The notes under the pieces were generated by a model, which saw only the letters and a list, made by a program, of their open reading frames with translations, searched no databases and was not told where the DNA came from. From assembly GCF_032191835.1 (NCBI RefSeq), contig NC_083225.1, positions 99,138,001 through 99,202,000 on the forward strand: a stretch of 64,000 nucleotides of DNA, written 5' to 3'. Position 1 is the stretch's first letter. Each line of letters begins with the position of its first letter. The DNA comes from Heteronotia binoei (lineage: Eukaryota). Shown piece after piece: positions 46,863 through 57,990 of this stretch. The translations under genes were made by a program, and so were the position numbers.

Positions 46863-47120
46863 AGATTCAAGTAGGCAGCTGTGTTGGTTTGAAGTAGTAG
46901 AAGAAAATAGGAGTCAATTGCACTTTTAATACCAACTTAGTTTTATTCAGAACGTAAGCTTTCGTGTGCATGCACACTTCTTCAGACGAGGAATGAGGTA
47001 CAGCTATATGTGGCTCTGCTTACTGTACCTCATTACTCGTCTGAAGAAGTGTGCATGCACACGAAAGCTTATGTTCTGAATAAATTGGTCTTAAAGGTGC
47101 AATCCACTCCTATTTCGTTC
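46863..47120. mobile_element. 258-bp palindromic miniature Penelope-like element
   Basis: Arms ~46900-47003 / 47023-47120; 13-bp TSD aacaataaactat (46850-46862, 47121-47133); ttggtcttaaaggtgc pseudo-LTR tail. Confidence 0.85.
47038..47073 (+). ncRNA. Minimal type I hammerhead ribozyme motif (inverted twin at 46952-46988 on minus)
   Basis: cgt-CTGAAGA-a-GTGTG(catg)CACAC-GAAA-GCT-T-atg: core boxes, stem II, palindromic AGCU stem III, short stem I. Confidence 0.65.
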
Positions 47121-49674
47121 AACAATAAACTATGTTCCTGCATTACAGCAGTTCAACTGCAGCTTGTTTAACAGATGAATGCAGCATCTCTTATATCCAG
47201 TTTTCATATACCTATATAAACTCACATAGATGTATCTGATGAAAGCTTCACATCAACAAACACAGTGTCTCTGTTTTATCAAAAAGAGAATTTCTCTCTG
47301 TGTATGTGTTAGAAATTCACTATAGAGCTCCTTATGCATATTGAACTAAACGATAACTTTTCGGCCTCGCTATTTTCACTAGCATTTGACATAACCACCC
47401 CCCTGCGTGTCATGAAAATGTACACCATAACAAATTTATTGGTCTAATACATCACAAGACTATCATTCTTGTAGAAATTAAAATTATGATAAATCCTGGG
47501 GGAGTGGAGAAGAACTTTTTTTCCAGCCCTTCCCAGAAGAATGTGTATTCTAATTTTAACATACATCTTGAAAACAAAGAGATGGCAGAAAACAGCAGAG
47601 CTAACTCCAAAAGGGAGTATATGATATTTCTATTGAAAATGACCTGAGACCTTAGTATTGTGCTAAGGGTGAATTGTGATTTGGAAGGACACCTGAAAAG
47701 GTCCTTCCTGCATTCATAACAATGAATGCCAACTTGGCTGGCTACAAACTGTACTAAATGTAGCACACTTCAGTTGCGGCAAACATTTTGAGGAACAATT
47801 ATACAAGAACATATTCTCTGCACAGCCTTCTTTTCCCAGAGTGTTCTAGTACAGAAAGAAGTTAGGAGCATTTATTGTTCAACTCATCAGTTAGCATAAC
47901 ATGCTAGCCTGGACAAATTCTGCTACAATGTCAACACTGTGAACTACCCACAAACACCACTATCCTGAGGACATTTTTGAATTATATCATCAGATTTAAT
48001 TAAGACAAATTACAACTATTAACATTAATAGCACATCTAACACTATGAAAATCAACATATGCTACAGAGAATAAGTCACAAGACAAGAAACAAAAGCATG
48101 CAACTTGTTCCAACCAAACAGTGGAGGGAAAGGAAAAACCACAAATTTAAACAGGGAAATTCCATGTGGTTGTTGTTCTGTCATATTACAAATAATTTAC
48201 AAGGAGCCCACCAAATTTATGTATAGCAAATACAGATGTTCTAAAGAAAGTATATTTCATGGGGACTAAAGTAAAAGGTGGCTTTGTATTCTGAAGTTTT
48301 CCATTCATGTTTTCAAGATTGATTCCTTTTAATTCCAGTTTTACTTGTGGATAAGGTAGGTATTGCATAGCAGATAGTCTACTAATCTCCCTTTTTTTAA
48401 AAAAAGAAAGCATTTAAAAATGAAAAGCAGGAGGCTGCAAGATGAGCAGAGAACCAATTGGGGCTGGGTGCTATGCTTTCTTCTCTGAAAGAAGGGTATA
48501 CTGAGCAGAAAATATCAATTGTTCCGCCCCTAAACTTGTATCTTCTGTAGTAGACTTGTCGTTTAAAATGCCACACACATCAGGAGATTGTGCCAATATA
48601 CAGTTGGTCCTAACAGATATCCATAGTGCATGTTTTCACCCTAACAGAAAAAACAAGCAGGGAACTCAGAATGCCTTGTGAAGGGCACAACTTTCCCCTC
48701 CCCCACTATTTTATCTTTCCCCTCCATGAAAGCCACCAAAGCCTCTCTCTGGCTCCTACTCTCCTTACCATCCACCAGCCAACATACCTGCATCTGACCT
48801 CCCCCACTTCAAGCCTTCCCTCTATTCCTCTACCTGACAACCTCTCCCTGGCAAAACCCTGCACAGTTCTGGCTATCAAGGTGTGGCAGAATTTATTTTG
48901 GGTTGGCCCTCTTTATGAAATTGGCTACAAGAACTCTTTATGAAAGTAGCCATACTCTTATGAAATATGCATTAAGAGCTCTTCAGCACCTTGAGCATCT
49001 ATTGCTCTCAGATAAAAGCATGAGTAGAGAATCTAGGTCGGTGTGAAACTGTCTCAGGACAGGAAAGGCCTTATATGGTATGGTCCTTATAAGGTATTTG
49101 CAGGAAGCATGGCTTTAGCCATCTGTGAAAGTCTGCTAGGGAATAGGTGAAAGATAAGAGTGAACTGAGGGCAATCTTAGCCTCAAATGTTTTGATTTGG
49201 CATTAGGATTGTTGATATTAAGATGCAGCCAGAGATTCTGGAATGTATAACATCTGATATTATCTGATAAGATAAAGATGGTAGAGATGGGTCCAAGCCT
49301 TTAAAAGCTCTGGACTTTGGGTAGAAAGATGCTGATCTGAATCAGAAGCTCTGTGTTTGATCATGCCAAGCTAACTGGGACAGACTCTGGGCTGGCCTGC
49401 ATGAGAGACAGTCTTTCTGACAGTCAAGTCATGAATTTAAGCACTCTTATTAGAGATCTCTAATACAGAATGGGACTTGGGACTTAGACTTTAATTGAGA
49501 AAATGTAGACTAACAGGGACTTAGACTTTTCATAGGATACTTGACTACAGAATGCTTTACTATGTAACTATGCTTGACTATGGAACTGAATTCTAAATGT
49601 ATAACTATATGAGCAACTGTACTAATGTAATCTCTTGTTTGCCTTTCTAATTGTATTTTAAGTCTTCTGTCTAA

Positions 49675-50052
49675 AAAGTGCAGAAAAGGGCAACTAGAAT
49701 GATTAAAGGTTTGGAACACTTTCCCTATGAAGAAAGGTAAAAACGCTTGGGGCTCTTTAGCTTGGAGAAATGTCGACTGCGGGGTGACATGATAGAGATT
49801 TACAAGATTATGTATAAGATGGAGAAAATAAAGAAGTACTTTTCTCCCTTTCTCACAATACAAGAACTTGTGGGCATTCAATGAAATTGCTGAGCAGTCA
49901 GGTTAAAATGGATAAAAGGAAGTATTTCACCCAAAGGGTGATTAACAAGTGGAATTCACTGTATGTGTGTATACACACACACACATATATTGGCCACTAT
50001 GTGCCACAGAGAGTTGGACTGGATGGGCCATTGGCCTGATCCAACATGGCTT
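49675..50052 (+). mobile_element. CR1 3' fragment, same family as 21543-23340; its last bases (tatgttctta) reappear at 52164-52173
   Basis: Closely similar to 22835-23330. Confidence 0.9.
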
Positions 50053-52133
50053 ACTTTGCAGCCAAGACTGCATCTGCAAATTCGCGCCCGGCACAATTAT
50101 TTAGAATAATTGGAGACCTTACTACATTGCCTCAAGGCAAACCAAATGTTAGGGAATTAGAGATTGGCTGTGAGGCTTTTGCGAAATATTTTGCAGATAA
50201 AATCACGTCGCTCCGCCAAGACCTGCCTATCACATTGGATGCAGTATGGGAACTTGAAGCTCCACGCCTGTCTTCGGGTTTGGAGTTGGGTCGGTTTGAC
50301 CCGCTCAGCCTGGAGGAAGTCGACGGAATTCTCTCTGTTGCGCCCCAACAACTTGCGATTTGGACCCTTGCCCCTCCTGGCTGATTAAAGCTTGCCAGAG
50401 GGAGCTTAGATGTCCTTTACGGGACATAATAAATAGATCCCTCTCGGAGGGGCGTTTTCCATCACCTCTGAAAGAGGCCTTGGTCCGCCCCCTCCTGAAA
50501 AAATGTACAGCAGATCCGGCCGAATTGGCAAATTACCGACCGGTTTCTAATTTACCGTTTTTAGGTAAAATTATTGAGAGGGCAGTGGCGCTGCAACTAC
50601 AGGGTTTTCTGGATGACGCTTCCATCCTAGACCCTTGCCAGTCCGGCTTTCGCCCGGGCCACGGGACGGAGACAGTGCTGGTCGCCTTGGCAGATGACCT
50701 CCAGCGGCAACTGGATCGAGGTGGCGTGGCGGTGCTGATGTTGTTGGACCTGTCGGCAGCGTTCGACACGGTCGACCATCAGCTACTGACCCGCCGCCTC
50801 GCCGACATAGGGGTCAGGGGGCTGGCCTTACAATGGCTTTCCTCCTTCCTCAAAGGTCGGGGACAAAGGGTGGCAATCGGGGATGAGCTCTCCCGGAGGC
50901 GCACACTAGATTGTGGGGTGCCTCAGGGAGCAGTTCTCTCCCCGATGTTATTTAACATCTACATGCGCCCCCTTGCCCAGATTGCCCGGAGTTTTGGACT
51001 GGGTTGTCATCAATATGCGGATGACACCCAGCTCTATCTGCTAATGGATGGCCGGCCTGACTGCGTCCCAGTGAATTTAGACCGGGCACTGCAGGCCGTG
51101 GCAACTTGGCTTAGGCTGAGTGGGTTGAAGCTGAACCCGACAAAGACAGAGGTCCTTTGCGTGGGGCGCGGCACTCTGGGAAGGGAAATACCTCTCCCGG
51201 TTTTTGACGGTGTGCCACTGAAAGCGGCGGGCCGGGTCAAGAGCCTGGGAGTCCTAGTGGAGCCTTCACTATCAATGGAGGCCCAGGTAGCGGCCACTGC
51301 CAAGTCAGCATTTTTCCACTTGAAGCGGGCAAGGCAGCTGGCTCCTTTCCTGGAGCGCCGGGACCTGGCAACAGTGATCCACGCGACGGTCACCTCAAGA
51401 CTAGACTACTGCAATGCCCTCTACATGGGGCTGCCTTTGTGTCGAACCCGGAAGCTGCAGCTAGTGCAGAACGCAGCGGCCAGGCTGTTATTAGGACTCC
51501 CGAAATGGGAGCATATACAGCCGGGGCTGCGTGAACTGCACTGGCTGCCAGTTACATACCGGGTCCAATACAAAGTGCTGGTTATCACCTTTAAAGCCCT
51601 ATATGGCCGAGGACCTGCCTACCTGAGGGACCGTCTCTCCCCATATGAGCCCCAAAGAGCACTGAGGTCAGCAGGGAAGAACACGCTGACTATCCCTGGG
51701 CCAAAGGAGGCAAAATTACAGAGTACGCGGGCACGGGCCTTCTCTGTTATAGCCCCGTGCCTTTGGAATCAACTTCCGGAGGAGGTACGGGCCCTGCGGA
51801 ATTTGGACCAATTCCGCAGGGCCTGTAAGACCATCCTTTTCAAGCAGGCTTTTGTAGATGTTGATAGGATGGCTGTTTAATCCACCAATGATTTATCTAG
51901 TGACCCCTGCCATAATATAAGTGTACAGAATAACATCAGGAAGATCACCGCCGTTTAAATTATGGAATGACCCAGACATTCGAACTGGTTTTAGATTGTT
52001 GTTTTAAATTAATGTATAATTTCAATGTTGTTTTAAATCACCCTATTTTGTATATTCTATATTGTATAATTTTATTGAACTGTTGTTAGCCACCCTGAGC
52101 CTGCCTAGGCGGGGAGGGCGGGATATAAATAAA

Positions 52134-52166
<33 letters not shown>
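50053..52166 (+). mobile_element. Young 5'-truncated L2-type LINE with long RT ORF and (TAT)n tail
   Basis: LDPCPSWL, NYRPVSNLPFLGK, LDLSAAFDTVDH, GVPQG, HQYADD, TSRLDYCN, LHWLP; one frameshift near 50340; CpG-rich. Confidence 0.93.
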
Positions 52167-52173
52167 GTTCTTA

Positions 52174-55100
52174 AACAAACTTGGACAATAGGAGGCCATG
52201 TGGTCCGTCACAATTTTGTCCATTTGCCTGATTGCCCAGTGCCGCTGATGGGAAGAGATTTGCTTTCCAAGTTAAGAGCCCAGTAGACTTTTGAATCAGA
52301 AAGTCAAATGAACTTTGAGCTGCCTTATATAACCTCAGAAGGCAAATTACATTATCAAGATGTGTATGTTTTAGAATAATCCTAACCCCGAGAAGAGGAG
52401 TGGAGGCTTTACCAGTCAGCTTCTTCAATGGCTATGTCAGAAGTCTGGGTTCAACCATTTCCAGATGTATGGGCAGAAGAGAACTCGCCTGGGCTAGCAG
52501 TAAACCATGCCCCTATTAAGGTAGAATTAATCCCAGGGGCCGTTCCAGTCTGAGAACGCCTGTACCTGATCCCTAAGAAGGCAGTAGCTGGCATCCAGAA
52601 ACACCTTGACAGGCTTCTTGAATATGGAATTCTTGTAGAATGTCAGTATCCATGAAACAGTCCCCTTTTGCCAGTCCAGAAGCCGGACACCGATGATTAC
52701 AGACCAGTACAGGATTTACACTCTCTAAATTCTTGCACACACTTTGCATTCTGTCTTTCCAAACCCATATGTCTTGCTGGGACTTATACCTGCCTCAGCC
52801 ACTTACTTCTCAGTGGTAGATCTCAAGGATGAGTTCTTTTGTTTAAGACTGGCACCTGAAAGTCAGCCACTGTTTGCCTCCCAGCAGGGAAAAAAAGAGA
52901 CTGGTAGAAAGCTACAATATACATGGACTCGTTTACCCCAGGGGTTCAAAAATTCGCCCACCCTTTTTGGTAATGTCCTCAGTAAGGACTTGAGCTGGTT
53001 CCCAACTGTGCCAGGAGAGGCTGTGTGCCTTCAGTATGTTGATGATATTCTGATAGAGGCCAAAGACACGGACTTGCCAAGGTGCCACTGCTGCCCTGCT
53101 AACACTTCTGATGGAGGCTAGGTATAAAGTATCTTGGAAGAAAGCTCAGCTATGTCAAGAGACAGTGAAATTTTTAGGCTTCCATATATCCCAGGGCAGA
53201 TGCAGCTAGGTAGGGAGCGAAGAGACTGTGTGTGCCATTCCTGTGCTCACTACCAGGCACCAGCTGAGATAATTCTTAGGAGCAGCAGGGTTCTGCAGAA
53301 TTTGGCTCCCCAATTTTGCCATAACAGCTAAGCCCTTATACGAAACTACTAAGAGGGGAGAAAAGGCACCTTTTGAATGGACAGAGCAATGTCAAAATGC
53401 CTTTGAAGCCTTAAAACGCCAGCTCATGCAGGCCCCAGCTCTGGGACTACCTGATACTGACAAGCTCTTTACTCTGTATGTGCATGAGCGAGAAGGAATA
53501 GCTGCAGGCTGGGATCCTGGCCCAGACTGGTGGCATATTTGTCTAAGCAATTAGACACAGTAGGAAAAGGGTGGCCCCCCTGTTTGCGCTCAGTAGCGGC
53601 TGTCGCGAAACTTGTGAAGGAGGCAGACAAGTTTACCTTTGGAAGTCAACTTGAAGTAAGAGTTCCCTACTATGTGCAAGCCCTTCTGGAGCACAAAGGG
53701 AACTATTGGTTCACCAATGTCCATATGGTCAGATATCAGGCACTTATGTGTGAAAATCCCAGAGTGAAAATAGTGACTGTGTCAGCTCTGAACCCAGCCT
53801 CTTTGTTGCCAACTCCTGATGATGCACTGGAGCATGATTGCTTAGAGGTTATGGAAGAAATATTCTCCAGCCAGCCAGATCTGAAAGATGTCCCATTTTC
53901 AGATCCTAATATTGAATATTGTATCGGTGGGAGTAGCTTTATCCAGGATGGGAAGCGCAGAGCAGGATATGCAGTAGTCACTCCAGAAACAGTGATGGAA
54001 GCAGAACCGCTGCCTGTTTCAACCTCTGCACAGAAAGCCGAGTTAATTGGCCTCATCAGAGCACTCCGGTTAGCAGAGGGACTTAAAGTAAATATTTACA
54101 CAGACTCTAAATATGCTTTCATGATGCTGCATGCTCATGGAGCCCTATACAAAGAGAGAGGCTTAATTACTGCGAGTGGCAAAGGAATTAAAAATGGTAG
54201 AGAGATCTTGGAATTGTTAGAAGCTGTCTGGGCACCCTGGCACATAGCTGTCATCCATTGCCGGGGCCATCAGAAGCCCCTAAGTCTGGTAGCAAGAGGA
54301 AATCGGAAGGCAGATTTAACAGCTAAGGGGGCAGTGCTAAAGCCTTATCAGGGAAGCACAGAATTTCTGCCTATTTTTCAGGTTTCCTTAACTGAATGGA
54401 GTCCTCGGTATTCACTAGCTGAGGAGCAGTGGGTTCAAACTCAAGGGGCAGTAACCAAATGAAGGGATGGATTGGTATGTTCTCCCCGATGGCAGAATTT
54501 ATATTCCAGAAGCTGTCGCATGGCCATTAATTCAGAATCTGCATGAGGGAACACATTATGGAAAGGCTGCACTAGAACACTCTGTGGGTCAGTGGGCATA
54601 TATTAATCATGTGACTTCACTGACAGCCCAAACCTCTGCACAATGTGTTACATGTGCAAAGAATAATGCAAGATCGGGTCCCACTCAACTCCCTGGGAGT
54701 CAGCCAGTGGAAGCAACACCTTTCTCCTCCCTAGTTGTGGATTTCACTGAGATGCCATTACATGCTTGTATTTGCTTGTACAATGTCTGGATGAACTGAA
54801 GTTTACCCCGCATGCACTGAGAAAGCCAATGAGGTTGTAAAAGCCTTATTAAAAGACATTGTGCCTAAATTTGGTTCACCTGTAATCATCGGGAGCGATA
54901 ATGGATCATCGTTTATAGAGAAAACTGTACAGGGTGTATCTATGTTGCTTGCTAATACCTGAAAATTGCATGCAGCCTACCGCCCACAGAGTTCAGCAAA
55001 AGCTGAAAGGGTAATAGAACTTTGAAGAATGCCTTGTCTAAACTCTGTCAGGAAACCATTTGCCATGGACTACAATGTTGCCAATTGCATTGTTTCAGTT

Positions 55101-55560
55101 GCACCGTTTGCCACACAAACGACTTTGTCGCCTTTTGAGATCATTTATGGAAGACCACCCCCCTCCCCCATAGTCCAAGGAGTTCGAGGTGACCTTTCAC
55201 AGTTGGGGAGCCTTATAACTTTTGAGGAATTGCAAGCCTTGGGCAAAGCTGTAAACGAGGTGAATAAGTATGTGTTTGAAACTTTGCCATATCAAATTTA
55301 TTCTCCTGTACATGCTTACCAGCCAGGGGATAGTGTGTGGGTAAAAAGCTGGAGGGCAAAGACCTTACAGACTAGGTGGAAAGGCCCATTCACTGTCCTT
55401 TTAAGTTCCCCTACAGCCGTCAAGGAACAAGAAGTAGCAGCATGGATCCATTGGTCACATTTAAAGCGAGCTGCAGATTACTGGAAAGTACAGCCAGTTC
55501 CAGGGAAATCATTAACTTTGAAACCTTATAAAGACCCTACCCGGCCTTATGCCACTCAGT
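52174..55560 (+). pseudogene. Class I ERV pro (end)-pol, disrupted by stops and frameshifts
   Basis: [11 protein letters not shown] (protease), DLKDEFF, LPQGFKNSP, YVDD (RT), SAQKAEL, YTDSKY, HCRGHQ (RNase H), HxxxH/CxxC, VDFTEMP, WKGPFTVLL (integrase). Confidence 0.95.
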
Positions 55561-55831
55561 AAAAACTGTTAAAAGTCAACAGCTTGCAGTTGGCTGGTCT
55601 ACGCACGGCCGAAGCTTTGAGGCAACAGCCTTGGCCCAGCCACACCAGGAAGCTGACTGGTCTACACACGGCCGAAGCTTGAGGAAGTCTTCTGGAGCCA
55701 TACAGAGTTAGATATTCCTTTGTATTAGTTTTCTGAACTTCTTGAATTGCTTATTTTTCTGTATTGAATATATTATTGCAACAGTGCTATTTTGCTATAA
55801 GTATTTGCTGTAGTTCTTTAAAAAATCATAC

Positions 55832-57536
55832 ATGCTTCAAAAGCTGTTATTGCTGTGCTTTCTTGCTATATTTTTGCCTGTGTGCCAATGCACTGTACTC
55901 AAGCAGTGAGATGTACTAGATGCTGGGAAGAAAAGGATTCTAAACATCTGTTGCATGTTCAATCTAGGGGTGTGCATGCAGCCTGCATAAAACCTAAGAT
56001 AGTTTGTGTAGAACTCAGATAGTTTGTGTAGAACTTGGAGTGTCTTATTATCAAGCAAAAATAGAATATCCTGGATCAAGCAGGACAATAGCTTTTAGAG
56101 GAGGTTTCCGCTGCCCGACGTCACAGTGGATATGATTTAAAGTCTAACCAGGAAAAAAAGCCCAACCCTAAGCCTAAGCTACTTGTCCAGGAGAATAAGA
56201 AAATTTTGTGTAAGAGTGTGTTTAATGATGCTCAGGATGAGAAATTTGTCATTTCAGAACCTGGGAGTAATCTTTTTATAGTCTTAGCTGAGCAAATAGC
56301 TGCCTCCCTAAATATTTCAAACTGTTGGGTGTGCAGAGGTCCACTAATGAGTGAGAGATGGCCTTGGGTTGGCACTGAGGTCTTGCCTTCTGACCTAGTC
56401 CGATGGAATAAACCTAGATCAGAGTCAAGGCCAGAAGAGAGAAAGACCTGGGAATTGCAAACAGTGGTGAATGGAGAATTATGCATTTCCCGGGCTATGC
56501 TGTGGGAAAATGGAAAGCATGTTGGGCACACTTCGTGCTATTGAACTTTGATAGTCAGCCCCACTAACAAAAAAACGAAATGGGTAGAGGCGAATGGCAC
56601 TGTTATAGAGGATTTTCAGCCATGGGAAAATGTTAGCAGTATAAATAAATATTCTAATGCTGCTTCAGATTCCTCTGAGCAATGGATGGCTCCTGAAGGG
56701 TTATATGGATCTGTAGTAAAAGGGCTTATACACTCCTGCCCAGGAGATGGCATGGGACTTGCATTATTGGAACAATACATCCCAGCTTCTTTCTTTTGCC
56801 ATTAGAATGGTTCTGCTTTGAGAACCCAATGTTTGATGATTATGTTAGATCAAAATGTTCCTTGGACATCGGACGTAAGCAGTGGGGAGATGAATGGCCC
56901 CCACAGCAGATCATTGAATACTATGGCCCAGCTACTTGGGCATAAGATGGGTCTTGGGGTTACAGAACGCCTGTGTATATGCTTAACCGTATTATTAGCT
57001 TGCAAGCTGTGGTAGAAATTATTACAAATCAAACAGCCATGGCTTTAGAACTGTTGGCTAGACAGTAGATCCAGATGTGTGCAGCCATATATCAGAACCG
57101 TTTGGCTCTGGATTATTTGCTGGCTGAAGGTGGTGGTGTCTGTGGGAAGTTTAATCTTTCAAATTGCTGTCTTAATATAGATAATGGAGAGGCTGTGCAG
57201 AATATAGCATCTGAAATTTGTAAAATTGTTCATGTACCAGTGCAAACATGGAAGAATTTGGATGCATCATGGTTTGGACAGATTATGGGAGATTGGAAGC
57301 ATATTTTATTCTTAATTGGTATTTCCTTAGGAGGTTTAGGGCTATTGCCATGTTTAATTCCTGTTATAAAGTACAGTATTAATAATGCTGTAAAGGCACT
57401 TATTTTCTTTGAAAAAAGTGTTAGCATGTTGTACATGTCTCCAGAGGAAAGGAAACAATATTTTATTACTTTGTGTAATGATGGTCAGACTCTTTCAGAC
57501 TTAAATAAACTTTCAGAGGCTGAAAGGGGGGAATGA
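55832..57536 (+). pseudogene. HERV-I/ERV3-like env pseudogene
   Basis: Signal peptide MLQKLLLLCFLAIFL; LAEQIAASLNISNCWVC; [31 protein letters not shown]; [13 protein letters not shown]; [10 protein letters not shown] (CX6CC); TM anchor. Confidence 0.9.
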
Positions 57537-57990
57537 TGGGGGATCCCTGAATAATTAATGAATACCCCTATAATAATGAATGAAAGCATGCTCCTGCCTT
57601 CAAAAAGATGGTGTCTGATGCAATGTTCGTTAGACACACAGACAGCCTTCAGTGGGTATGTGTTTACAGATGTGTATTAGGATAACACAAAGGGGCCTCA
57701 CTGAGAAGCTGCTTGCTGGAGCTGATAAAGCATGGAGACAGGAGGTATGGAAAAGTACTAGAAGGAGACCAAGGGGATGGGGAATGTTGAATCAGATAAA
57801 CTTGTGAGCCTGCCTGCTAAGCTTGCTTTGTGTTTAAAAAGACGGTCTGAGGATCGGGGTGGGGGGGGGGGAGGTTCAGTATTTTGGAGCTATGATGCTC
57901 AACTGGACCCTGCTTTTGGCACCAGAAGTAAAAAACCTCGCTTCATATCAGTAATGTGTGTGGCTCCATTATTTTCCTGCTACATTCACA
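57534..57990 (+). mobile_element. ERV 3' LTR (right end approximate)
   Basis: Polypurine tract gaaaggggggaa (57522-57533) followed by TG; tttaaaaa TATA-like and agtaaa/aataaa signals; no 5' LTR for comparison. Confidence 0.7.

Noticed and set aside
47227-47250. ctgatgaaagctt hammerhead-like string
   Set aside because: No stem II between the core boxes; at most a deleted Penelope remnant.
48990-49674. LTR-like sequence as the 5' LTR of the ERV
   Set aside because: No similarity to the 3' LTR at 57534, and no PBS or gag follows; may be an unrelated truncated LTR with undefined ends.
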